Shown piece by piece: positions 29,099 to 38,189 of a DNA stretch of 64,000 bases. The notes under the pieces were generated by a model. The model saw only the letters and a list, made by a program, of their open reading frames with translations. It was not told where the DNA came from and ran no database searches. A program made the translations under genes and the position numbers. The stretch spans positions 16,118-80,117 of the forward strand of contig CAYRTA010000001.1 in NCBI GenBank assembly GCA_964427045.1, read 5' to 3'. Every line of letters begins with the position of its first letter. The stretch's first letter is position 1. Source of the stretch: an uncultured Hoministercoradaptatus sp. (GTDB lineage Bacteria; Bacillota; Clostridia; Lachnospirales; Lachnospiraceae).

Positions 29099-30253
29099 AT
29101 GGCAACGGAACGTTTATTTTATAGAGACCCTTATTTGACCGCCTGCGAGGCCCAGGTATTGGAGTGCAGGGAAGAAAAGAAAGGATATGGGATTCGGCTG
29201 AATCAGACCGTATTCTATCCTGAAGGAGGCGGACAGCCGGCAGATATTGGCCAATTAGGTAATGTCCGGGTTGTGGATGTCCGGGAGAGAGAAGGCGAAA
29301 TCTGGCATATGACGGATGGGGCGCTGGAAACGGGCAGTATAGTTACGGCGGCCACTGATTGGAATCATCGTTTTGATCTGATGCAGAACCATTCCGGTGA
29401 GCATATTGTAAGCGGCATCATTCACGAGCGGTACGGATATGATAATATTGGCTTTCATATGGGTCCTGAGACCATTACCATAGACTTTAACGGAGAAATA
29501 CCGGAGGAAGATTTAAAGGAGATCGAACTGGCGGCAAATCGTTATGTCTGGGAAAATCATGAGATGGAACTTCTTTTGCCTACGGAAGAAGAACGGGAAC
29601 GGATGACTTACCGCAGCAAAAAGGCATTGAGCGGTCAGGTGCGTATTGTGAACTGGCCGGGCGCCGATGTATGCGCCTGCTGTGGTGTGCATGTGGCACG
29701 GTCGGGGGATATCGGGCAGATCATTTTGGTTTCGTCCCAGCGGGCCAAAGGAGGGATCCGGATCGAGATGATCTGCGGCGGCCGCAGCCTTGCCTATACA
29801 AACCGGATTAAGGAGCAGAACCGTCAGATTTCCAATCTTCTTTCTGCCCGGTGGACAGACACTGCCAAAGCGGTGGAGAAATTGCAGGAGGATTACCTGT
29901 CCATGAAATTTCGTATGGTGGGCATGGAATTTGACAAGATCGCGCGGATGGCAAAAGAGGCGGAAGGAAAAGGGAATCAGCTGATTTTTGATGATCAGCT
30001 TTCCCCGGATAGCGTGCGGAAGCTGGCTTCTGAGGTCATGGAGACGTGCGGCGGCTTATGCGCCGTATTTTCCGGCAATGACGAGAACGGATACCGCTAT
30101 GTAATGGGTAAAAAAGACGGTGATTTACGTGCCTTTGTAAAAGAGATGAACCAGATTTTGGCAGGAAGGGGCGGCGGAAAACCGTTTTTTGTGCAGGGCT
30201 CCGTACAGGCAAAACGCGGCGCCATCGAAACCTTTTTTGAAACACATACGTGA
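29099..30253 (+). CDS. Alanyl-tRNA editing protein (AlaX-L type with DHHA1 domain)
   Basis: TVFYPEGGGQPAD, MQNHSGEH (HxxxH), CACCGVH (CxxxH), GRGGGKP. Confidence 0.9.
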   Translation: MATERLFYRDPYLTACEAQVLECREEKKGYGIRLNQTVFYPEGGGQPADIGQLGNVRVVDVREREGEIWHMTDGALETGSIVTAATDWNHRFDLMQNHSGEHIVSGIIHERYGYDNIGFHMGPETITIDFNGEIPEEDLKEIELAANRYVWENHEMELLLPTEEERERMTYRSKKALSGQVRIVNWPGADVCACCGVHVARSGDIGQIILVSSQRAKGGIRIEMICGGRSLAYTNRIKEQNRQISNLLSARWTDTAKAVEKLQEDYLSMKFRMVGMEFDKIARMAKEAEGKGNQLIFDDQLSPDSVRKLASEVMETCGGLCAVFSGNDENGYRYVMGKKDGDLRAFVKEMNQILAGRGGGKPFFVQGSVQAKRGAIETFFETHT

Positions 30254-30270
30254 TTTTGCGGCAGATGTAA

Positions 30271-32049
30271 ATGGAGCGCAAGGTGAATACAATTTGTGAT
30301 ACCAGTAAGGATTATAAAATCTATCAAACGACCGGACAGCCGGCCAAAAAGCTGAAAGCGGCGCTTACGGTCTATCTGTCCGGCGCGCGTGATCAGGCAT
30401 GGCAGGACTGCAGGGGCTATATAAGGGATCGCAGGCGGCCAGCCTGGGAATTGCTGATCCGGGAAGAAAATCTGGATGGGCTGGAACAAATTTGGAAAGA
30501 GGGCTGGATAAGCGGTGAAGTGTTAATACAGAGTATCCGGCTGGCGGTTGATTGCGGAAAGCGGGAAAGTCAGCTTTGGCTGCTTTCGAAAAAGAAACAA
30601 AGAGGATCAGGGAATACGGGGCCGGATGATCAGCATTATGGTTTTCCGTTTACATCCGATGCGTTAAGCGCCATGGCGCCGTCTCAGTCAGATGTGGGAG
30701 GCGAGATTCGCAAGATTTTGGAATTGCAGCTTAGCCGAAAGATCCCATCCCTGCCATCTGCGTTTCCTTATTTGCGTTGGAGGCCGGTGAAGGAAGGGGG
30801 ACGGGAGACAAAAGCGTATGCGATGGCGGCCGACGGACAGCAGTTGTTTTACTGCCTTCCTCTTTTAGAACAGTTATTTCTGACAGACATGGCGGCTTTA
30901 GAACGAACATACCTGCATAGTTTGTTTCACTGCCTGTATCTTCACATGTTGCCGCCGGCGGATGTCATGAGGTCAGAAGGAAAACAGCGTATGGCCTGGA
31001 ATCTGGCGGCGGATATTGCCGTGGAATGGGCGCTGGATGAAAGCGGCTGGCTGGAGGTGGATGCGCTGTATGAAAAGCGCAGAGTCTGCTATGAAAAGAT
31101 TGCGGAGCAATATGAAAGGCGGGATACCGGTACCTGTTATCGCTGGGTAATGTATCAGATGAAACAGATAGAACAGCCAGCGCAGATCGGATGGGCAGAA
31201 TTTTCGGAAGCGGCAGAATCCGTGAAATGGAAAGAAATGACCGCTCTGTTTGCGCGGGATGATCATCGGTTTTGGTATTGCGGCGGGCAGGAAGAAAAGC
31301 GAACTACGGATGAGGGCACGCTGCTGGATACCTGGTCACGGGCGCGAACGGCGCTTTCTCTGGGTGAAACATTGGGAAATTCCCAGGCAGGCCGCCAATC
31401 CGGCGGAATAAGGGAACCGTATCAAACCCGTAAAAAGAGTGTCTATGATTATCGGAAATTTCTCCGGCGCTTTACCATATGCCGGGAAGAAATGCAATTG
31501 GATATGGAAAGCTTTGATCCAATTTCCTATTATTATGGAAGAAAACGGTATGGAAATGTGCTTTTGATGGAACCGTTGGAAACCACGGAAATGAATCGTT
31601 TGGAAGAGTTTGTTATTGCCATCGATACTTCCGGTTCCTGTTCGGCGGCTATGGTCAGCCGTTTTTTGGACGAAACGTATGCAATTCTCAGCAACAGAGA
31701 AAATTTTTTTCGCAAGATGAACGTACATATGATACAGTGTGATTCTGTGGTTCAGGACCATCAAAAAATAACCAGCGAACAAGAGTGGAAGGATTATCTG
31801 GAACATGTGACCATACAGGGGCGGGGCGGAACGGATTTTACACCGGTGTTCCGGTTAGTAGATGAATTGCTTGTGAAAAAAGAAATCCGCCATCTGAAGG
31901 GATTGCTTTATTTTACCGATGGAGACGGGATATATCCGCGCAGTAAGCCTGCATATGACACTGCATTCGTATTTCTGAACCGGAAACTGGAAAAACAGAA
32001 AGTCCCCAACTGGGCGCTGCGTCTGAATCTGGATTTGAAAGAAATTTAA
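30271..32049 (+). CDS. DUF2201-type VWA protein with metallopeptidase-like N region
   Basis: HSLFHCLYLH, WNLAADIAVE, MIDAS IAIDTSGS, GRGGTDFTPVF, YFTDGDG. Confidence 0.85.
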   Translation: MERKVNTICDTSKDYKIYQTTGQPAKKLKAALTVYLSGARDQAWQDCRGYIRDRRRPAWELLIREENLDGLEQIWKEGWISGEVLIQSIRLAVDCGKRESQLWLLSKKKQRGSGNTGPDDQHYGFPFTSDALSAMAPSQSDVGGEIRKILELQLSRKIPSLPSAFPYLRWRPVKEGGRETKAYAMAADGQQLFYCLPLLEQLFLTDMAALERTYLHSLFHCLYLHMLPPADVMRSEGKQRMAWNLAADIAVEWALDESGWLEVDALYEKRRVCYEKIAEQYERRDTGTCYRWVMYQMKQIEQPAQIGWAEFSEAAESVKWKEMTALFARDDHRFWYCGGQEEKRTTDEGTLLDTWSRARTALSLGETLGNSQAGRQSGGIREPYQTRKKSVYDYRKFLRRFTICREEMQLDMESFDPISYYYGRKRYGNVLLMEPLETTEMNRLEEFVIAIDTSGSCSAAMVSRFLDETYAILSNRENFFRKMNVHMIQCDSVVQDHQKITSEQEWKDYLEHVTIQGRGGTDFTPVFRLVDELLVKKEIRHLKGLLYFTDGDGIYPRSKPAYDTAFVFLNRKLEKQKVPNWALRLNLDLKEI

Positions 32050-32108
32050 AAGAGGTTTTAAAGCGTTTAGGATGCATAAATAAACAGGTTTGCCGGGAAA
32101 GTTCCGGT

Positions 32109-32205
32109 GAAAATCAGATATAGAAAATCAGATATAGAAATTCAAATATAGAGTTTCAAATATAGAGATTCAAATATGGAGATTCAAATATAGAGATTCA
32201 AATGG
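32109..32205. repeat. 14-bp tandem repeat, 7 copies
   Basis: GAAAATCAGATATA x2, GAAATTCAAATATA, GAGTTTCAAATATA, GAGATTCAAATATG, GAGATTCAAATATA, GAGATTCAAATGG. Confidence 0.9.
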
Positions 32206-32217
32206 AAGGGAATCAAT

Positions 32218-33816
32218 ATGAATATTCAGGAAGCGAAACAGGAACTGATCCATACGATACGGGCCTATACGGATCGGGATGAGATGGGAAATGACCGGAT
32301 TCCCCGCATTCATCAAAGGCCGGTACTGTTAATGGGACCACCGGGAATCGGCAAGACAGCCATTGTCAGCCAGGCGGCCGAAGCCTGCGGCGTCGGTCTG
32401 GTTTCTTATACGATTACCCATCATACACGCCAAAGTGCGGTGGGGTTACCTCTGATTGAGACGAAAAAATATAACGGGCAGGAAATATCCGTAACAGTCT
32501 ACACCATGAGCGAGATTATTGCTTCTGTTTACGATACCATGGAGCAGACGGGCTGTCAAAGCGGCATATTGTTTATTGACGAGGTAAACTGTGCCTCGGA
32601 AACCTTGGCGCCCACCATGCTGCAGTTTTTGCAGGCAAAGACATTCGGTAATCATAAGGTTCCCCGTGGCTGGGTTATTGTGGCGGCGGGAAATCCTCCG
32701 GAGTACAATAAATCGGTCCGCGAGTTTGATGTGGTCACTCTGGATCGTGTAAAGAAAATTACGATTGAGGTGGATTATCAGGCATGGAAGAAGTACGCGG
32801 CTGCCCGCGGGATTCATGGGGCCGTCCGGTCCTATCTGGAAGGAAAACCGCAGTATTTTTACCGGGTAGAGCAGCATCCGGATGAGAAGGAGTTTGTGAC
32901 GGCCAGAGGATGGGAGGATTTGAGCCTTCTATTGACCGAATATGAACGATTGGATGTAGAAATCACCAGAGATTTGGTGGAGCAGTACCTGCAGTGCCGG
33001 GAGATTGCGGCAGATTTTACTTCATATTATCATTTTTACCGGGCCTTTCAGGAAAATTATCGGGATTTGCTGGGGGAACTTCTGGGTGATGGAGAACAGA
33101 TTGCGGGGCAACCCCCTCTGCCAACCCTATCTTTAGATAAGCAATTGACGTTGGCAGAACTCCTGATTTCCGGTGTTACGCAGTCCTGCGTTTCCTGGCA
33201 GCAAAAAGCACGATGCGTCGGCAATCTGCGAAAGGCAGAAAAAATCTGGGAACGGCAGATACCAAAGAGGCCGTTTTGTGATCAAATGTCCGGGGAAAAT
33301 CCGGATGCCTGGATGACGGATTTTCTGGAGGGCAGAAGGAAAGCCATTCGAATTCAGGAGGAGCTGGAGACAATCACGGAAGAAGAGGCTGCTCGGGAGG
33401 CCTGGGCCAATGAACGGTTAAGAGAAATTTTTACGGAACTGCAAATCCAAAAGCTTAACGGGAATTCAGATGGTGATGATCATAGAAGTACGGACAATGC
33501 ATTGCAGTCATATGCAGAGTGGGTACGTCAGGGAGCCGATATGGCTGTTGGTAAATGGGAGACCGAGGTATCCCAGGAAGCAATACGATGTGGAAAGAAG
33601 CTGGACCGGATTCTGGGCTGGCTGTGGGAGAATTTTGGCGAAGGCCCGGCGTTTTTGGCTGCGTTGGAGTCCTTTACCGCTCATGAGGCTTGTATGGAAA
33701 TTATTAGCGGCCAGGAATGTCCGGTTTACGAACAGTTTTGCGGTTTATTATTAATCTCGGACAGAAAAAAGCGGTTGAAAGAGCAGGTATTACGCATCCA
33801 GAATACGGAATTATAA
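32218..33816 (+). CDS. MoxR-family AAA+ ATPase
   Basis: GPPGIGKT Walker A, ILFIDEVN Walker B, VAAGNP sensor, TARGWE; adjacent VWA gene. Confidence 0.88.
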   Translation: MNIQEAKQELIHTIRAYTDRDEMGNDRIPRIHQRPVLLMGPPGIGKTAIVSQAAEACGVGLVSYTITHHTRQSAVGLPLIETKKYNGQEISVTVYTMSEIIASVYDTMEQTGCQSGILFIDEVNCASETLAPTMLQFLQAKTFGNHKVPRGWVIVAAGNPPEYNKSVREFDVVTLDRVKKITIEVDYQAWKKYAAARGIHGAVRSYLEGKPQYFYRVEQHPDEKEFVTARGWEDLSLLLTEYERLDVEITRDLVEQYLQCREIAADFTSYYHFYRAFQENYRDLLGELLGDGEQIAGQPPLPTLSLDKQLTLAELLISGVTQSCVSWQQKARCVGNLRKAEKIWERQIPKRPFCDQMSGENPDAWMTDFLEGRRKAIRIQEELETITEEEAAREAWANERLREIFTELQIQKLNGNSDGDDHRSTDNALQSYAEWVRQGADMAVGKWETEVSQEAIRCGKKLDRILGWLWENFGEGPAFLAALESFTAHEACMEIISGQECPVYEQFCGLLLISDRKKRLKEQVLRIQNTEL

Positions 33817-33851
33817 GGAACAAACCGGAGAAACCGGATGAAAAGCGGCGA

Positions 33852-33926
33852 ATAGATAAGTAACTGACAGATAAGTAATGGGTAAATAAGTAATGGATAA
33901 ATAAGTAATGGATCGATAAGCAGCGG
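33852..33926. repeat. 15-bp tandem repeat, 5 copies
   Basis: ATAGATAAGTAACTG ACAGATAAGTAATGG GTAAATAAGTAATGG ATAAATAAGTAATGG ATCGATAAGCAGCGG. Confidence 0.85.
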
Positions 33927-34055
33927 ACAGAAACCAGAAAATGAAAAATAGCAAAAGTAAAGCGTTTTCTGATTTCTGTCCATGAATAAATGGGACTGGA
34001 TGCTGTAATATGGGAAAGCCCATTGGCTGACAATGGAAAGCCAGCAGATATATGG

Positions 34056-35006
34056 TCAGTTTCCCATGGAAGGTAATTGCTGATACCAGTAACCAAAAAC
34101 ACCGGGCTGGTGGTCGGCATTATGAGCCGGTTTGAAATGAACATAGCCAAATATATTGGCAAAATGTCGTTCCTGATCGTCGAAGACACCGGGAACGCAG
34201 AGAACCCACGGACCAGGGGAACCATCTGGCGAATGCCCATATCTCCCAAGAAGAAAATGATGATAGCATTGACAGCCCCGTAACAGATAAGGGTCAATGT
34301 TTATGGGTATACGATATTTTGGCAGGTCAGATATACTGTTTGCGGATAGCTGTATACAAGAATGTATTTCATCATCGAAAAAGGGCCATACCTTTGCAGC
34401 GCCTTCCATGGAAAGAATGGAAGGATCGGGTGTCGCGGCTGGTTCTTCGTCATCTGCAACTACAAGCTGGGGAGCCGCGGAGATGGGCGTATGAACCTCC
34501 GTAGTAGAAACAACAGTCGTATTTGGCTCAGGCTCATCGGAAACCGCGGGATTACTGGCCGCAGGAGTTGGTTCCTCTACGGAAGCTGCCGTTAATTGCG
34601 GCTGCGCGGCCGGATGATAAATCGTAAAACGATTTGGGTCAATATCCACATCTTTCCATGCGGTTCCGAAGAAAAGACCATTGTCCGAAGTGAGGATAAT
34701 ACCGCCCAGTTCTTCGTAATTGTACGGTGTATCTGCAACCTGTGACCGGTGAAAGGTGTAAACACCCTGTGCGACACCCTGGCGATAGGCTGCGGTTCCC
34801 AACAAAATTCCTGTCAAAAGTCCATTTTCCGGGACAAAAGCATAGACCTGAAAATTGGGCGCGAAGGGAAAGGGCGGCAGCCGCAGGGAACATTCCATGC
34901 GGCAAAGGTTATCCCGGACTTCCATGCGGGTGAATCCGCAATTTCGGGATTTTTGATGGTTTTTGTACTCATATAGGTAAGATAGAAAGCGTTGGTAGTC
35001 AGACAT
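34056..35006 (-). CDS. DUF6128-like clostridial protein
   Basis: MSDYQRFLSYLYEY..NCGFTRME N-terminus, Pro/Ala linker, C-terminal VPG..FGYW; start follows AAAGGAAG. Confidence 0.7.
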   Translation of the reverse strand: MSDYQRFLSYLYEYKNHQKSRNCGFTRMEVRDNLCRMECSLRLPPFPFAPNFQVYAFVPENGLLTGILLGTAAYRQGVAQGVYTFHRSQVADTPYNYEELGGIILTSDNGLFFGTAWKDVDIDPNRFTIYHPAAQPQLTAASVEEPTPAASNPAVSDEPEPNTTVVSTTEVHTPISAAPQLVVADDEEPAATPDPSILSMEGAAKVWPFFDDEIHSCIQLSANSISDLPKYRIPINIDPYLLRGCQCYHHFLLGRYGHSPDGSPGPWVLCVPGVFDDQERHFANIFGYVHFKPAHNADHQPGVFGYWYQQLPSMGN

Positions 35007-35115
35007 TAGGACACTTCCTTTCCTGGTGGCAGTCAGTTCATAAACTGACATAAGACTGAGTTCCTACTATACATATGAAAAAATAAAATTTCATATGCAA
35101 AAAAAGGAGAAGACT

Positions 35116-35649
35116 GTGGGGCAGAAAATGATGGAACAAAAAGAAACAGAATCAAAAAAGATGGAACAGATAACAAAAGAGCAGGAAAAATATATGCGGG
35201 AGGCAATTCGGCAGGCCAAAAAGGCCGAGGCCCTTAAGGAAGTGCCGATTGGCTGCGTAATTGTATATGAAGACCGTATTATTGCCAGAGGCTATAACCG
35301 TAGAAATACGGATCGAAATACAACGGCCCATGCGGAAATTAACGCGATTCGAAAGGCCAGTAAAAAACTGGGAGACTGGAGACTGGAAGGTTGTACCATG
35401 TATGTGACGCTGGAGCCCTGCCAGATGTGCGCCGGCGCCATTGTGCAGGCCAGAATTGACCGGGTTGTAATCGGAAGTATGAATCCGAAGGCTGGCTGCG
35501 CCGGATCCATTCTGAATCTTTTGCAGATGGAACAATTTAACCACCAGGTAGAAATTGTCCGCGGTGTATTGGAAGAGGAATGCAGCCAGATGTTAAGTGG
35601 ATTTTTTCGGCAATTACGTGTCTGGAAAAAAGAAGTAAAGGGTAAGTAA
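35116..35649 (+). CDS. tadA: tRNA adenosine(34) deaminase
   Basis: EVPIGCVIV, TAHAE, TLEPCQMCAGA; GTG 35116 follows AAGGAG (start uncertain, 35095-35161). Confidence 0.93.
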   Translation: MGQKMMEQKETESKKMEQITKEQEKYMREAIRQAKKAEALKEVPIGCVIVYEDRIIARGYNRRNTDRNTTAHAEINAIRKASKKLGDWRLEGCTMYVTLEPCQMCAGAIVQARIDRVVIGSMNPKAGCAGSILNLLQMEQFNHQVEIVRGVLEEECSQMLSGFFRQLRVWKKEVKGK

Positions 35650-35676
35650 AAGGAAGAGCACCTCAATAGATGTGCC

Positions 35677-36285
35677 TTATATCAATTCTTCCGTCTTGAA
35701 GATTGTATAGCCTTCGTAGTAGTAGCTGTGGTCGATGCCTTTCATATATACTTCCCGGCTGTGGATGTCATCGGTGAGGGCGGCTTTTAAGATATGCTTA
35801 ATTTCAATATCTCTAATAGGGCTGCGTTCCATGGCAAGCAGGTAATCCTCTTTATCAATTCTGCTCCAGTCCACAACCTTGCCGAGTTCCTTTTTAAAAA
35901 TTAAATCTAACCAAATACGAGTGCTGCGTCCATTTCCTTCTCTGAAGGGATGGGCGATATTCATTTCCACATACTTCTCAACAATCTCATAAAAAGTGGA
36001 CTGCGGCATTTTATCGATGTTTTTTAGCGCGGCTTCCAGGTATATAAGGGGAGCAAAGCGAAAATTGCCCTTTGCTAGATTAACCGTTCTGAGTTCTCCG
36101 GCGAAGCTATAAATCTCGTCAAAAAGGAATTTATGAATTGCTTTCAGAGCGGAAAATTTTCCGGCCTCTAATCGGTTAAGCATTCCGCTTTCAAAAAGTT
36201 CAAGTGCCTTTTTCTTGCTAATACGTTCTTCCTCGCGGGCTAGATCGGCAGAGTTGGTAAGTCCCAGTTTATTTTCAAGTGCCAT
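35677..36285 (-). CDS. fic: Class III Fic AMP-transferase
   Basis: HPFREGNGRSTR catalytic loop; C-terminal inhibitory SYYYEG motif. Confidence 0.92.
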   Translation of the reverse strand: MALENKLGLTNSADLAREEERISKKKALELFESGMLNRLEAGKFSALKAIHKFLFDEIYSFAGELRTVNLAKGNFRFAPLIYLEAALKNIDKMPQSTFYEIVEKYVEMNIAHPFREGNGRSTRIWLDLIFKKELGKVVDWSRIDKEDYLLAMERSPIRDIEIKHILKAALTDDIHSREVYMKGIDHSYYYEGYTIFKTEELI

Positions 36286-36397
36286 GGCACACCTCCATCA
36301 TTTTAACCTTCTGTTTTTGTGAAAATAGAATGATATCATAATTATCATATCGCTATACCTTTCATAAATCAAGGCTTAGCGTTACCTGGATATAAAC

Positions 36398-36455
36398 ATG
36401 CTCCTCATACGATCGATCGTTTGGACGATTCCGTGATCTATCATATGAGGAGCAT
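36398..36455. repeat. 21-bp-arm inverted repeat (19/21 matches)
   Basis: ATGCTCCTCATACGATCGATC-N16-GATCTATCATATGAGGAGCAT. Confidence 0.8.
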
Positions 36456-36517
36456 ATTATAGAATATCAATCGAGAGCAGCCTTATCATCCCTGCGATAA
36501 GGCTGTCCTTTTTGTGA

Positions 36518-36607
36518 CGGAGATGGAGAGATTTGAACTCTCGCGCCGGTTACTACCGACCTGCCGCATTTCGAGTGCGGTCCCTTCGGCCTCTTGGGTA
36601 CATCTCC
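36518..36607 (-). tRNA. tRNA-Ser(CGA)
   Basis: GGAGATG acceptor stem, anticodon arm CCGCA-CT-CGA-AA-TGCGG, long variable arm, GTTCAAATC T loop; CCA not encoded. Confidence 0.95.
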
Positions 36608-36630
36608 ATGGCGTTTTTAACCGCCTTTTC

Positions 36631-36659
36631 ATTATACTTCCCCTTTGGCGTTCCGTCAA
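36631..36659 (-). promoter_or_regulatory. sigmaA promoter of tRNA-Ser
   Basis: TTGACG-17 bp-TATAAT on the minus strand. Confidence 0.8.
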
Positions 36660-36749
36660 TCCGTTATTTTTCTTCTGTTACTTCTGTTCTCCCCCCTTCT
36701 GCCGCAGGTATATTTTCCCTGTTCCTGCAATTACGCTTTTTCCTGATTG

Positions 36750-37772
36750 TTACAACTGTTTGATGCTGTATCGCTCTACCAGCGTGGTGCAAACCTTGAT
36801 GGTGAATGGTTCAGGTAACTGGCCGTTGATTTTTTCCACCAGACGCCGCATGGCCAGTATGCCCATTTGCTGTTTGGGAACATGCATGGTGGTCAGCGGC
36901 GGATCCATCAGTTCACAGGTGGGCATATTATCAATACCGATGATGGAGATGTCCTCCGGTATTTTATAACCGCTTTCCTTGAGCGCTCGCATGGCAGATA
37001 GGGCGATGATATCGTTGTCGGCAAAAAATGCGGTAGGGAGCGATGGGTTCGAAGCCAGAATTTCTTTCATTTCTTTATAGGCCTCATCTACGGTGGGTGT
37101 CAGTTTGTATTCCGAATCCGGATGAATCTGAAGTCCGAAATGCTCCAATTCTTTATAAAACCCATCTTTTCTCTCGGAAAAATTATTAATATGAAAGGCG
37201 GAATGGAGATAGCCAATCTGCCGGTGGCCTTTTTCGATCAGATAACGGGTCGCGGAGGAAGCAGTCTGTGTATTGTCAATGATAATGGTATCCAGCGATA
37301 GCCGTTTAAAGTAACTGTCCAGAAGTACAATGGGCTTTCCGAGCGCCGTAAAAGGTTCAATATTTTCGATGGACATTTCTGTTGCCAGTAAAATAAGACC
37401 CTTACACTGACCAGAGTGAATCAGAGGGAGTGCCGTTGAGATATCATCTCCCTCGTTGAAATAAACTATCAGGAGATTATAGCGGTAGCTTTTGGCCGAC
37501 TGTTCAATACCTTCGATCAATTGTGAGAAGAAAGGGGTATCGCCGACAACTTTTCCGTGTTTCAAATAAATCATAAAATAAATGAATTCTGAAATAGAAG
37601 ACTTTGTCGGAAAATCGGAGGATTCGATTCCCAACTCATGAATTTTATTCAGAATAAGCTTGCGTGTGCTTTCACTGATACCAGGTTTGTTATTCAGTAC
37701 CATAGAGATCGTGGAGGGGGATACACCAAGCATCTGAGCTAAATCTTTTGATTTCATGCTGATTTTCATCAT
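36750..37772 (-). CDS. LacI-family transcriptional regulator
   Basis: KDLAQMLGVSPSTISMVLNNKPGIS HTH; PTAFFADND, IPEDISIIGID, PLTT. Confidence 0.93.
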   Translation of the reverse strand: MMKISMKSKDLAQMLGVSPSTISMVLNNKPGISESTRKLILNKIHELGIESSDFPTKSSISEFIYFMIYLKHGKVVGDTPFFSQLIEGIEQSAKSYRYNLLIVYFNEGDDISTALPLIHSGQCKGLILLATEMSIENIEPFTALGKPIVLLDSYFKRLSLDTIIIDNTQTASSATRYLIEKGHRQIGYLHSAFHINNFSERKDGFYKELEHFGLQIHPDSEYKLTPTVDEAYKEMKEILASNPSLPTAFFADNDIIALSAMRALKESGYKIPEDISIIGIDNMPTCELMDPPLTTMHVPKQQMGILAMRRLVEKINGQLPEPFTIKVCTTLVERYSIKQL

Positions 37773-38002
37773 TTCACCCATGACGCTTTTATGCGTTCTT
37801 TCTATGTTTTCTTATTATTTCTTTTTGCGTATGCATATTACATCCTGTTTATGATTATAAAAGATAATTTCTGTTTGTCAATTAAATTCTTCTAAATAAT
37901 TTAATAAATTTAGTAAAGAAAATTGCATGGCAAGAAAATCAAAATAAGCTGATTTGTGGAAATCCGACAAAAAATAATTAATCAAATTGTATAAAAATAG
38001 TA

Positions 38003-38098
38003 TTGAAAATATGCTAAAAATAGAGTATATTTAACACATCATATAAATATTTAGTAAATCAATTTAAAAATGGAAAATATTTCCAACTAAATATTTAG
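38003..38098 (+). promoter_or_regulatory. Putative sigmaA promoter and palindromic operators of the ABC operon
   Basis: TTGAAA-17-TATATT (38003-38031); CTAAATATTTAG palindrome at 38087-38098 and near copy ATAAATATTTAG at 38043-38054. Confidence 0.5.
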
Positions 38099-38189
38099 AC
38101 TAATTTAAATAAATTGACGTCAAAAATTTAAATTAAAAATAACGCTACAAAAGAAAACGACAACTTCATTACTAGAAGGAGGATTATTC

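Noticed and set aside
28836-29105. N-terminal extension of the thioredoxin-reductase-like ORF given in the track
   Set aside because: It runs through the 25-bp repeat; the Rossmann motif and GGAGG RBS place the start at 28835
32109-33926. 14-bp and 15-bp arrays as CRISPR arrays or plasmid iterons
   Set aside because: Units are head-to-tail with no unique spacers, and no cas or rep gene is in the window
33985-34050. GGAAAGCC-containing hairpins as a c-di-GMP riboswitch
   Set aside because: They lie between convergent gene ends with no downstream gene to control, and lack the GCAAA/GACGCAAAG core
35650-36520. Integrated mobile element at tRNA-Ser
   Set aside because: No integrase and no duplicated tRNA 3' end found by eye; kept only as a possible remnant
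36514-36969. 151-aa plus-strand ORF
   Set aside because: Antisense to tRNA-Ser and the LacI gene; a typical tRNA shadow ORF
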